A stretch of DNA of 52,335 nucleotides, counting the filler, from Stramenopiles sp. TOSAG23-2 (lineage: Eukaryota): assembly GCA_900128395.1 (NCBI GenBank). It is 3 parts of 3 records of this genome, joined end to end, with 100 filler letters (N's around TTAATTAATTAA, not from the genome) between each part and the next. Parts side by side here need not be neighbours in the genome. Positions count along the whole stretch, not along the records: positions 35,006 to 52,335 come from LT649649.1; 2 more parts are not named here. One strand, written 5' to 3'. The notes under the pieces are model-generated. The model worked only from the letters and a program-made list of their open reading frames with translations. It ran no database searches and was not told where the DNA came from. Shown piece after piece: positions 41,297 to 51,886 of this stretch. Both the position numbers and the translations under genes were made by a program. Position 1 is the stretch's first letter. Each line of letters starts with the position of its first letter.

Positions 41297-44200
41297 ATGG
41301 CGACTAGACGGGTAAAAACAAAAAATCGTAGTCAAGCATATACAGGACCATCATACAAAATGCCACCATGGATGAAAAAAAAACGAGGTGGAAAACGTGG
41401 ACGTGGTGGTAGACGTGGCGGAAAACGTGGTGGACGAGGTGGTGGAAGAAGTGGTGGAAGAGGAGATAACAATGCTAGAAAGAAGAAAGTTCCTGATGCA
41501 CCTGCATATTTGCTAGAGGAAAAGAAGAAGAAAAAAGAAAATGCCCTTGATAAACCAAAAGTTGGAGTGGTTGATGTTACTGTTAAACTACCATCTCAAT
41601 TTAAAAAAGATGAAATATTTTCACTTGAAATGTCTAAATCAAATATTGCCATTATATCAAAATTAGTAGCTAACTTGCAAAAATTAGTCAAAGAGGAGGA
41701 AAACGAGAAAAAAATAGCTAATGATTTAGATAATGTTTCAAAAAACAGTACAAAGACGCTTGAAAATCAACATGAAACAAAAAAAGATACAGCTGTTATA
41801 ATAGATAAAACATTATTTAATATGAAAACAAAAAATGATAATAATAATGATAATAAAATTGAAATAATACCATCAACATTGACAACATCAAGTGATAATA
41901 ATAATAATAATAATAACAATAACAATATACTAGCACCACCAGCACCAGAGGCAATGAAAAATAATACTATAAATCCTCCTAATATTGTTTCACAACAAGT
42001 AACTGTAGATGGGGTTTTACTTGATTATTTAACTAATCATTTACAATTTAAAGAAACAGTTGCAACAAAATCATTATCGATATGCATGACAACAAACAAC
42101 AACAACAATAATAATATTAATAACAATAACAACAACGACGACGATAGTATATCGACAAATAAACCACCAACATCTGCAGAACGTGAAAGTTTGTTGCAAA
42201 AAGTATTAGATTGGCTATGTTTAAATCTAGAAAAGAAAGAATTAGAAAATGCTTTTATATTGAAAAAAAAAAGCAGATCACGCCAACAAGATAAAATTAA
42301 TCAACGTTTAGCATCAGGCCAAGCACGTTTCATAAAAATTACAAGTAATCATAGTGGTATAAAATTAGTTAAAGCAAATTGGAAGTTAGAATCACGAATA
42401 AATTATTTTTGTAAATTTGGATTTAATCGTATAGCAATTCAAAATATAATTCAATCAAATCCAGATATTAGTAACATTATTAATAATAATAACAATAATA
42501 ATGATGTAGCAGTAGAAGAAGAAGAAGAAGAAGCTGTAGTCAAGTTTCAAAATAATAAAATATATTCAATAATAATGCCATTATTAATGAAATCATTTTA
42601 CGAAGAAAGTGATATTTTAGAAATGAAAAAAATTGTTGAAAATGGAATAACTGAAACAACGGAGGAATTAGATGAAATGGTTGAAGATGAATTAATGGCA
42701 TTAGAAAGTATTTATGGCGAAACTATGGTAGAACATATTAATCCAATGAGTGATACAGCGGTTAATAACAACAACAATAATAATAAGGGGACAAACATTT
42801 TAAAAAATAACGCAAAACTTATTTGTTTAAATTTTCAAGCACCTTGGTTATATGATTTGAAAGATTTATGTCTAAAAGTTGGATTTAGTGGGCAATATGG
42901 TATGACATTGGACAATGATAGTGGTAATAATAATAACAATAAGAAAAATACTAATAATATGGAAAGATGGAATCAATGCAAATTATACGTAGCATTACCG
43001 GAGAAATACCCAATGTTACCACCATTTCTATGTTTTCACTCTACCATTTTGCCACCACAAGCATGTAAATCAATTTCAAAATATTTAATTAAAAAAATAT
43101 TTCCATCTCAAATAGGTGGGCCAGTATTGTACAATTTAATTGATGAATTAATGGTTGAAATGGAAGCATTTAATATATCTAAACGTATCTTAGAAGAAAG
43201 GTTGCCAAAAGTGGCAAATCCAATCAAAGGAACGACACGAAAAGAAAAAAATCAATATAAGAAGAAAAACGAGACGGAAACGTTAAATAAAATGAAAAAT
43301 CAACGTACCAAAAAAGAGTCTGATAATGTTATTCAAAAACGTTTGTCAAATGCGAAAAAATCACATACGAAAATTTTAGCAGATAGAGAACGGGAACGTT
43401 CTAGAGCACTGGAAGCAGAGCAGGAAAAAAGACGAAATTATTTTTATGATAGGAATAAAAAAAGAAAAGAAGAAGAAGAAGAGGAACAGCGTTTAAAACT
43501 TGAAAAAGAGAAAAAAGCAAAGGAGGCAATAAAAACAAAAACGGAGAAAAGAGATTTACGTTTGAAAAAATTAGAAAATAAGGGAAAACAAATTACTTTA
43601 CGTAATGTTATGAAAGAAGTAAATGCTGATCGACATAGAAAGAAGCATGGTATAGAGGATGATCATGACTATGATAATAATAATAACAATATTAATAGCC
43701 AACACTTAAATAGAACAGGCGGACCAGAAGGAAAAAAAGAAATTATTTATGATATAAAACCAAATACAGAGAATGCAGTTAAAAAATTAGGTTTGAAATT
43801 TAAACCATCCCCTTTATTAGCTGGTATCGTTAAAACAGTTGAAAATGAGAAAAAAGAATCGCCATGGTTGTATGATGACGATGATGATGATGGCAAGCAA
43901 GTAGAAAGTCATAATAAACAATCAGCGCAAGGTGGCAATACCAATAATAGTAACAACAACAATTACGATCCATTAATAAGAGAAGTATCATCAAAATTAT
44001 TAAAAAATTATAATAAAGTGAAAAAGACAAAAAAATATCATGAAATGATAAGACAACGATCGAGATTACCGGCATATTCCATGAGAGAGGATATTATCCA
44101 AATTATTTTAAACAATCAAGTCGTCGTCATATCTGGTGAAACAGGTTGTGGGAAAACAACGCAAGTACCGCAAATTGTATTGGATTGGATGATTGAAAAT

Positions 44201-46516
44201 AATAAAGGTGCTTTATGCAATATGATTTGTACTCAACCTCGACGTATTTCTGCAATTGGAGTTGCAGATCGTATCGCATCGGAGCGTGTAGAACGTGTTG
44301 GAGAAACTGTTGGATATCAAATTAGGTTAGAGACAAGACGTTCTGCAAAGACAAGATTGTTATTTTGTACAACTGGAGTTTTACTTCGTAGATTACAATG
44401 CGATCCTGATTTAAAAGGTGTTTCACATATATTTGTCGATGAAATACATGAAAGAGATTTATCTACTGATTTTTTGTTGATTATTTTACGTGGCTTAATT
44501 AAAAAAAGACCAAATTTACATTTAGTTTTGATGAGTGCAACATTAAATGCATTGATGTTTGCAGAATATTTTGCAAGCTCTACATATGGTGCACCAGCGC
44601 CTATTGTAGAAATCCCAGGACGTGCATTTCCAGTCAAAGATTATTATTTAGAAGATGCATTAGAAATTACAGGGCATAAGATCGAACCTCAAAGTGATTG
44701 TGCAAAAAAAGTAGATACAAGGAAGAAAAGAAACAATAACAAATCTTCTGGCGGTGGTGAGCAAAAAGAACGCCCTGTATTGAACAAAAAGCAATTACGG
44801 AAAAAATTTCCTGAATTATCAAATGATACGTTACGATCATTATCAATGGTGGATGAAGAAATAATTAATTATGAATTGATTGAGGAATTGATTAAACATA
44901 TCGCGGCAACTACTAAAGAAGGGGCCATATTATGTTTTTTGCCAGGTTTAATGGAAATACAAACATTGTATGAACAATTAAATTTAATAGCAGAAGAACA
45001 TAATTTAGAAGTTTATCCATTGCATTCATCTTTATCGACCATGGAACAAAAAGCTGTATTCAATCATCCTGAAAATGGCTTAAGGAAAGTTGTTGTATCT
45101 ACAAACATAGCTGAAACGTCTATTACTATTGATGATGTTATATATGTAATTGATGCTGGTAGAGTGAAAGAAAATCGATATGATCATGAAAAAAATATGG
45201 CACAATTAGTCGAAACGTGGGTCTCATTAGCATCTGCAAAGCAGCGACGTGGTCGTGCTGGTCGTGTACAACCAGGTATATGTTATCATTTATTTTCTAC
45301 CATGACGAAAGAAGTCTTGTCTGAATATACAATGCCAGAAATGCATCGTGTCCCATTACATGAAATGGTATTGCAAATTAAAGTATTGGATTTATTAGAT
45401 GGAGATGCTGCGACATTTTTAGGTCAAGCTGTTACACCACCAGATGAAACGGCAATAAATACAGCGCTGGAAACATTACGTCGTTTGCAAGCAATTAATT
45501 TAGATGAAAATGATCGATTGACACCATTAGGTTACCATTTAGCAACCTTACCAGTTGACCCGTGCCTTGGGAAAATATTATTATATGGATCTATCTTTAG
45601 AATTCTTGATCCATGTTTGACCATTGCTGCATCGATGAGTTTTCGCTCCCCGTTTTTCTCACCACTTGATGTACGTGAAGTAGCAGATGAAAAGAAACGT
45701 GATTTTAATGTTGGTAAAAGCGATGCATTGACACTTTTAAATGCATATGATGAATGGCGAAAGGCAAAACAAAAAGGACCAAATGCTGAATGGAAATTTT
45801 TAAAAAGTAATTTTTTATCACGTCAAACATTATCGATGATCAGTGAAATGCGACAACAATTTGCTGAATTAATTATTGGTATTGGATTTGCAAAACGAGC
45901 ACCAAAACAAAAATATCGTGGTGGCAAAAATGACAATAATGGTAGACAAAGACGTGGTGGCCGGCATAATAACAAATACGATAGATATAAAATTCATTCG
46001 GATTATAACAAAAATGTGGGTAATTTGCATTTATACAAAGCAGTATTATGCAGTGGTTTATACCCAAATATTGTTGTGGTACATCGACCACCAAATGGAC
46101 AAGTGAAAGAGATGGGAGATTTAAAATTAGTAGGTATGGATAAGGAAGAATGTTCATTACACCCATGTTCTGTTAATTTTAACGATTTAGATTTAAAAGG
46201 TTTTTTAATGTACCATGAAAAAGTTGAGACGTCAAAGGTATATTTACGAGATTGTACGACTGTGAAATCATACCCGTTGTTATTATTTGGTGGGAAATTA
46301 ACAGTATGGCACAAAGAGAAAATGATCACGGTGGATGATTGGGTAGCATTTAAAGGAGATCGCAAAGTTGCCGTATTAGTTCGTTTGTTACGGGATGGAT
46401 TGGAAAATATTATGAGAAAGAAAATCATGTATCCGGATGAAGATGTGACAAAATCTGGGGAAGAAATTTTAGATAGTATTTGTAAATTGTTGGAAACGGA
46501 AGGTGGTAGTTTGTAA
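41297..46516 (+). CDS. DEAH/RHA-family RNA helicase, DHX57/DHX29-like (RGG, UBA-like, RWD, helicase core, HA2, OB-fold)
   Basis: GETGCGKTTQVPQ, CTQPRRISA, FCTTGVLLR, DEIHER, MSAT, STNIAETSITIDD, QRRGRAGR. RWD-like EDELMALESIYG...LPEKYPMLPP. N-terminal RGG repeats and VLDWLCLN. ATG at 41297. Confidence 0.93.
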   Translation: MATRRVKTKNRSQAYTGPSYKMPPWMKKKRGGKRGRGGRRGGKRGGRGGGRSGGRGDNNARKKKVPDAPAYLLEEKKKKKENALDKPKVGVVDVTVKLPSQFKKDEIFSLEMSKSNIAIISKLVANLQKLVKEEENEKKIANDLDNVSKNSTKTLENQHETKKDTAVIIDKTLFNMKTKNDNNNDNKIEIIPSTLTTSSDNNNNNNNNNNILAPPAPEAMKNNTINPPNIVSQQVTVDGVLLDYLTNHLQFKETVATKSLSICMTTNNNNNNNINNNNNNDDDSISTNKPPTSAERESLLQKVLDWLCLNLEKKELENAFILKKKSRSRQQDKINQRLASGQARFIKITSNHSGIKLVKANWKLESRINYFCKFGFNRIAIQNIIQSNPDISNIINNNNNNNDVAVEEEEEEAVVKFQNNKIYSIIMPLLMKSFYEESDILEMKKIVENGITETTEELDEMVEDELMALESIYGETMVEHINPMSDTAVNNNNNNNKGTNILKNNAKLICLNFQAPWLYDLKDLCLKVGFSGQYGMTLDNDSGNNNNNKKNTNNMERWNQCKLYVALPEKYPMLPPFLCFHSTILPPQACKSISKYLIKKIFPSQIGGPVLYNLIDELMVEMEAFNISKRILEERLPKVANPIKGTTRKEKNQYKKKNETETLNKMKNQRTKKESDNVIQKRLSNAKKSHTKILADRERERSRALEAEQEKRRNYFYDRNKKRKEEEEEEQRLKLEKEKKAKEAIKTKTEKRDLRLKKLENKGKQITLRNVMKEVNADRHRKKHGIEDDHDYDNNNNNINSQHLNRTGGPEGKKEIIYDIKPNTENAVKKLGLKFKPSPLLAGIVKTVENEKKESPWLYDDDDDDGKQVESHNKQSAQGGNTNNSNNNNYDPLIREVSSKLLKNYNKVKKTKKYHEMIRQRSRLPAYSMREDIIQIILNNQVVVISGETGCGKTTQVPQIVLDWMIENNKGALCNMICTQPRRISAIGVADRIASERVERVGETVGYQIRLETRRSAKTRLLFCTTGVLLRRLQCDPDLKGVSHIFVDEIHERDLSTDFLLIILRGLIKKRPNLHLVLMSATLNALMFAEYFASSTYGAPAPIVEIPGRAFPVKDYYLEDALEITGHKIEPQSDCAKKVDTRKKRNNNKSSGGGEQKERPVLNKKQLRKKFPELSNDTLRSLSMVDEEIINYELIEELIKHIAATTKEGAILCFLPGLMEIQTLYEQLNLIAEEHNLEVYPLHSSLSTMEQKAVFNHPENGLRKVVVSTNIAETSITIDDVIYVIDAGRVKENRYDHEKNMAQLVETWVSLASAKQRRGRAGRVQPGICYHLFSTMTKEVLSEYTMPEMHRVPLHEMVLQIKVLDLLDGDAATFLGQAVTPPDETAINTALETLRRLQAINLDENDRLTPLGYHLATLPVDPCLGKILLYGSIFRILDPCLTIAASMSFRSPFFSPLDVREVADEKKRDFNVGKSDALTLLNAYDEWRKAKQKGPNAEWKFLKSNFLSRQTLSMISEMRQQFAELIIGIGFAKRAPKQKYRGGKNDNNGRQRRGGRHNNKYDRYKIHSDYNKNVGNLHLYKAVLCSGLYPNIVVVHRPPNGQVKEMGDLKLVGMDKEECSLHPCSVNFNDLDLKGFLMYHEKVETSKVYLRDCTTVKSYPLLLFGGKLTVWHKEKMITVDDWVAFKGDRKVAVLVRLLRDGLENIMRKKIMYPDEDVTKSGEEILDSICKLLETEGGSL

Positions 46517-46943
46517 TAATAATATAATTTCAAATAATTATTTATTATAAGGTAAAAATACGAGAGAGACGTGCAATATTTAATTTCTATTTTTATACTT
46601 GTTACAGTAAGGATTTTAGGAAATCCTGTTCCTATACTATTTCTCCTACCACGTGAACGATGACCTCTGCAATATAGACCACCACTTGAAAAAACGAAAA
46701 AACACAATAATAAAAATATGCACGAAAGGTTGCAAAGAAAAAGAATGATATGTGCATATATATAGAAGAAAGAAAAACAAAATAAAAAAGAAAAAGAAAC
46801 AAATCATAACATCTAGCAAAAAACAAAACAAAACAATATATATATATAATATATACAAAAAAAAAGCAAATTTTATATTTAACGTACAACCAAATTAAAA
46901 AAAGAAAGTAAAAAAAAAACAATATACAGTATAATTTAAAAAA

Positions 46944-48569
46944 ATGACCTCGATAACAAGCATTAACGATACAATGACAGCTATAAACGAAGCTTGCAAA
47001 GCAAAAGGTGGCGTATATTCAAATTATTCATGTAAAACAGTATCCTGGGATGATGTAAAACGTGGAAATGTAGGTGGAAATTTATCTTGCTGGGGCGCCA
47101 ACATTACAGATACATATTTAACAGCAAAAGATGGTCGACGTCTATTCACCGTAAGATCAGATAATTGGAACGAAAAACTTGGCGTCATCTCTACTGGAGA
47201 TATTGCGTTAGTTCAAGGTAATCAAGTAACATCATCAACGACTAAGAAACCGGTTGATAGTGCCGGTTTTCTTACAAATTTATTTACAAAAAATCAACGG
47301 GACAATAATAACAACAACAGCAACAACATTGGTGTTCCAAAAGCAGAATTAAAACCGATTACATTGAAACAATTTTTGAAAAATGCCAAACAATATGGTG
47401 AATATGCAAACTTAAAGACGGAAAATCTTGATAATGATATTTTAGATCAAAAATGTTCCATACGATTTCAAACAACATTTCTTCCGGTGAAGGAAGATGC
47501 AAAAGCAACGTTGGAATTTGCAACTGAGGCATATAATTACAATACAAGAAGCGATGCAGATCCACGTAATTTAATTTTACTTTGTACAACACAAGGTATT
47601 GCACTTCAACAAGATGGTAAAGGCAAGAAACGATTGTATCATCATGCGGTTGATTCTGAAAATAAAATTCATCGCTATTGGTTAGAAGCAGAACGTAGTA
47701 AGCATAAAGTTGGTGGGGAGCAAAAAGAAACAAAAGAAGAACGCGACGATGCAATTGCAAGAGGTAAAGCAACGTCAAGTGTTATTGGAATCAAATCTAT
47801 GGGAACTCGTTTCAATGTATTAATGACGATTCAAATCCCATTAGAACAAAAAAAGAAACCACAATTCCGTTCATTAGGTGGTGGTTTTGGTTTTGGTGCT
47901 GGCCAGGCCAACATAGCTTTTGGTTTTGGTGGTGGTGTTAGCGCCGGTGGTGTTAGCGCCTTTGGTGGTGCCAAGACAGGCAGCGGCTTATTTGGTAGTG
48001 CATACGGTGCATGCAGTTTTGGTGCACCAATGATGCAACAACAACAAAATGTTTCATTCGGTTCACTATCATCGCAATCAATGGAGTTATGTGACTCAAG
48101 TGCAGTATTTACCTCTACTAAGTCGAAAAAACCAAAAGGTTTTAGTTTCGGTGCTAAATTAAGTAAAAAATCAAGTCGCAAAAAGCGTAAAGCAACTAAA
48201 CAAGTTAAAAAAGGCACAGCTAATGCCGCTCGTGTTTCACGTGGTAAAGAGTTCGATGTTTGGAATGGTTTGTCACAAACAGAACCAAAAAGAAATGAAA
48301 GTGAACATATTACTGTTACGATAGTTTCATATTTTACAATTGCTGGTGGTGTTCCAAGCGAAGCAGATGTAGTTGCTGCTATTGATGATATGGAAAAATT
48401 ATATAATTCATGCACTGAAAAAGGAAATTTAGCAGATGATACGTTTGATTTCATGAAAGACGAATTGACTGTAAAAGATGTTGTTGATATTCAAACAAAG
48501 ATCAAAACACAACCAGCCTTTGTTCCATCCAATGTTGGTGTAACAAATCATGATGTATTTCCAGAATAA
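46944..48569 (+). CDS. Hypothetical protein: globular domain interrupted by an FG/Gly-rich low-complexity insert
   Basis: 541-aa ORF with motif-like VSWDD..RG, SCWGANITD, TVRSDNWNEKLG and YNYNT..DPRNL.LL.T.QG, then many FG dipeptides and a basic patch. Confidence 0.8.
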   Translation: MTSITSINDTMTAINEACKAKGGVYSNYSCKTVSWDDVKRGNVGGNLSCWGANITDTYLTAKDGRRLFTVRSDNWNEKLGVISTGDIALVQGNQVTSSTTKKPVDSAGFLTNLFTKNQRDNNNNNSNNIGVPKAELKPITLKQFLKNAKQYGEYANLKTENLDNDILDQKCSIRFQTTFLPVKEDAKATLEFATEAYNYNTRSDADPRNLILLCTTQGIALQQDGKGKKRLYHHAVDSENKIHRYWLEAERSKHKVGGEQKETKEERDDAIARGKATSSVIGIKSMGTRFNVLMTIQIPLEQKKKPQFRSLGGGFGFGAGQANIAFGFGGGVSAGGVSAFGGAKTGSGLFGSAYGACSFGAPMMQQQQNVSFGSLSSQSMELCDSSAVFTSTKSKKPKGFSFGAKLSKKSSRKKRKATKQVKKGTANAARVSRGKEFDVWNGLSQTEPKRNESEHITVTIVSYFTIAGGVPSEADVVAAIDDMEKLYNSCTEKGNLADDTFDFMKDELTVKDVVDIQTKIKTQPAFVPSNVGVTNHDVFPE

Positions 48570-48865
48570 ATGATTTGTAAAACGAGAAGGTATGTGTGTA
48601 TACATATTATAAATAAAATGATAAAAGTGTGAATATGAATGATGTGCCATTCTGGAGTGTTTGTATAAGTTATAATATATAAAAAAATTGAATGTGTCAA
48701 CAAAAAAATATATATCACGGACTATAGCTTAATTATTATACTATTATATTATTATTCTATTATTCTATTACTCTCTTCATGAAAAAAAAAGTAACCACAA
48801 GTGCATAATATATATATATATACACACACACAATCCCATACCCACTTCTTTATGTATATTCAATA

Positions 48866-50008
48866 ATGTCAAAACGAAAACACGAACAAGTGACTGCATT
48901 AAGCAATAATAATAATTATGATGCAATATTATTAAATAATAAGAAAATTATAATTTTAATTGGACAAAACAAAGACTCAGAAGCAATTTGGGTAAAATCA
49001 GTTTACAATGAATTAAAAACACTTTTGTTGACAGACCCGTCAACGAAAAAAGCAAAATTAGAAATATTATCAGTTGAAAGTTTATCCATTAATGTATATT
49101 CAAATGTTATAAATGATTGGCATTATGTAATTAATCGTGTTCCAGAGAGTTCACCATCAAACATCGCAAAAACAGCAACTGCTATATTAAAATATTGTGA
49201 TTTATTGAATGTATCGGTCTTTAATAACTATGAAAGTTATTTGATTGGACAAAATAAGTTATTACATCATGGAATCTTATCTGCACTTTCATTAACATCT
49301 CCAAAATCAGTGTTGGTTAGGAATATAGATACAATAAAAACTATTGCTAATCAAACGAAGTTAAAGTTCCCATTGCTTTTAAAACCAAATAGTGGTGGCT
49401 ATGGCAGAGGCATTTTGCAATTTCAAACAAAAGATGAATTGATGCAATTTTGTGATAATAATAATAATAATAATAATAAACTTTTTGGTAATGATGGTAC
49501 GGCATTATTGCAAGAATTTCATGGCAAGCTAACTGGTTCAACTGTATATCGTATATGGACATTAAATAATTGTATACAATGTGGTATTAAAGTGGAACGA
49601 CCACGTGGCGGTTTTGGTGGTGCATGTCTATCAGATACGTGTGGAAGAACACAAACAATTGTCCATGCATTAGATGTGAAAAAAATTCTTGATGAAAAAA
49701 TTATAAATGATATTTTAAACATAGAAAAATTATGTAAAGCGGATTGTTGTAGTGTTGAATTTTTATTTGATCAAGATAATGATGGGAATGATATCATGGA
49801 CAAACCGATTTATTTTGATGTGAATATGTTATCTACATTACCAACAAATTTGGGGATCAATGATAATAAAATTATAAATGCTGAAAATATATGGGATGGA
49901 CCGAATTGGAATCATTGGTATTTTTTTGCATTGGAAATTTTCGATAAAATTTTAAGAACTTTATCTAAAAATGAAAAAAAAAAAGAGGGACGTCGTAATG
50001 TTCTCTAA
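48866..50008 (+). CDS. ATP-grasp ligase, RimK/glutathione-synthetase-like
   Basis: INR...VFN..NKLLHH..L, KFPLLLKPNSGGYGRGI, LLQEF, YRIW, SVEFL, YFDVN. Confidence 0.8.
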   Translation: MSKRKHEQVTALSNNNNYDAILLNNKKIIILIGQNKDSEAIWVKSVYNELKTLLLTDPSTKKAKLEILSVESLSINVYSNVINDWHYVINRVPESSPSNIAKTATAILKYCDLLNVSVFNNYESYLIGQNKLLHHGILSALSLTSPKSVLVRNIDTIKTIANQTKLKFPLLLKPNSGGYGRGILQFQTKDELMQFCDNNNNNNNKLFGNDGTALLQEFHGKLTGSTVYRIWTLNNCIQCGIKVERPRGGFGGACLSDTCGRTQTIVHALDVKKILDEKIINDILNIEKLCKADCCSVEFLFDQDNDGNDIMDKPIYFDVNMLSTLPTNLGINDNKIINAENIWDGPNWNHWYFFALEIFDKILRTLSKNEKKKEGRRNVL

Positions 50009-50234
50009 TAAAACACCACGTGCGTATCTAAAAAAATATGAGAGATACACGGAAAGTTCGTACGCATATATAAACTATGATAAATAATATTTCTTGTTGT
50101 ACATACTGTAGCATACATTTATCTTTTTTTCTTGTCTTTCACACACACACATGTGCAAAACCCTGTGTACACCCACTGCTCCTCTTTCTACATTGACATC
50201 AGTCGCGTCTACTTATTTATACAGAAATAATATA

Positions 50235-51584
50235 TCACCGCCCAACAAATGAAAATGCTTGTTCAAAATCATTAATTAAATCCTTAACATTTTCAATACC
50301 AACACTTACACGCACTAAATTTGGTTCTACACCTGCTTCTTTTAATCTTTCAAGAGGAACACTATGATGTGTCATTAATGCAGGAGATTCAATTAATGAT
50401 TCTACTGCGCCTAAACTTTCTGCTAATGTAAATAATTTTAAATTACTTAATAATGTTCGACAATCATTTAAATCACCTTTTACAAAAAACGATATCATAC
50501 CGCCAAAACTCGACATTTGTCTGCAAGCTAATTCATGTTGCGGATGACTACGAAGCCCTGGATATAATACTTTTTCTACTTTTGTATGATTTTCAAGATA
50601 TGTTGCGATTTCCATTGCATTTTGCTCACATCGTTCCATGCGAATACTTAACGTTTTTACCCCTCGCATTGCCATGTATGAATCAAATGGTGATAAACAA
50701 GCACCCATACTATTTTGAAGATGTTTAAATTTTTTATATAATTCAATATTTGATGTTAACACTACACCTCCAACTACATCTGAATGTCCATTTATATATT
50801 TAGTAATTGCATGGACAACTATATCTACACCAAATGTCAATGGTTGTGATCCATTTAACGATGCAAATGTATTATCACAAGATGTTAATACATTGTATTT
50901 TTTTGCTACTTTTACAACTTTTTCAAAATCAATAATTTTTAAAGTAGGATTTGATGGAGTTTCAAACATAATTAATGTTGTATTTGGATATTGTTTTAAT
51001 TCTTTTTCCAACGCACCAGGTTCATTGAAATCAATATATGATGATGATATGTTATATATTGGTCCTGCTATTGTGCGCAATAAACGTTGTGTCCCACCAT
51101 ACGAATCATCACAACAAATAATATGATCTCCATGCTTGCATAGATGTACAACTGTGGTCAATGCAGCCATCCCAGAACCATATGCTGCGCAATATTTAGC
51201 TCCTTTTTCAAGTTGTGCAATGCAAATTTCAAATGCGTTACGAGTAGGATTTGTTCCACGAGCATAATCAAATCCTTTATTATATCCAGCTGGATGATTT
51301 GCCCCTGTTGGAACACCAATATTATTTTGTGAAAATGTAGTAGATAAATTAATAGGCACGCAAACACCTCCAGTACTGGAATCTGGTGGTTGCCCAGCAT
51401 GTATAGCATGAGTTGAAAAGGAAGGCATAGTATTTGATAAAGATATCTTTTTTTGTCTTTTTACATTATCTTTTTTTTTCGTTTCTACTATTAATTTCAC
51501 TTTTTGTCGTTGATGTAGCATAAACATGGTCATTGATGCTGTTGCAGCAGCAAATATTATTGTTGGATGTGTGATTGTTTCCAT
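50235..51584 (-). CDS. CTH: Cystathionine gamma-lyase (Cys/Met metabolism PLP-dependent enzyme) with hydrophobic N-terminal extension
   Basis: FSTHAIHAGQ, PINLSTTF, YARGTNPTR, SGMAA, DDSYGGT, ETPSNPTL, DNTF, PLP-lysine TKYINGHSDV, RGVKTLSIRM, FGGMISF, FTLAESLGAVESLIESPALMTH, VRVSVGIE. ATG at 51584. Confidence 0.92.
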   Translation of the reverse strand: METITHPTIIFAAATASMTMFMLHQRQKVKLIVETKKKDNVKRQKKISLSNTMPSFSTHAIHAGQPPDSSTGGVCVPINLSTTFSQNNIGVPTGANHPAGYNKGFDYARGTNPTRNAFEICIAQLEKGAKYCAAYGSGMAALTTVVHLCKHGDHIICCDDSYGGTQRLLRTIAGPIYNISSSYIDFNEPGALEKELKQYPNTTLIMFETPSNPTLKIIDFEKVVKVAKKYNVLTSCDNTFASLNGSQPLTFGVDIVVHAITKYINGHSDVVGGVVLTSNIELYKKFKHLQNSMGACLSPFDSYMAMRGVKTLSIRMERCEQNAMEIATYLENHTKVEKVLYPGLRSHPQHELACRQMSSFGGMISFFVKGDLNDCRTLLSNLKLFTLAESLGAVESLIESPALMTHHSVPLERLKEAGVEPNLVRVSVGIENVKDLINDFEQAFSFVGR

Positions 51585-51886
51585 TTTATTTTGTTGTAAA
51601 TATCTATTATAATATGTATGTATGTTTTTTTTGATGTCCAATGCACTTTGTTTTATTGGATTTATACATCAGTCGTCTATATATATATAATATAGTTTTC
51701 GTAGTATCTTTTTTTCAGCAAATATTATTGTTGGATGTGTGATTGTTTCCATTTTATTTTGTTGTAAATATCTATTATAATATGTATGTATGTTTTTTTT
51801 GATGTCCAATGCACTTTGTTTTATTGGATTTATACATCAGTCGTCTATATATATATAATATAGTTTTCGTAGTATCTTTTTTTTCA
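51548..51886. repeat. 168-bp tandem duplication covering the CTH start codon and upstream region
   Basis: cagcaaatattattgttggatg... at 51548 and 51716. The copies differ in (TA)n length. Confidence 0.92.
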
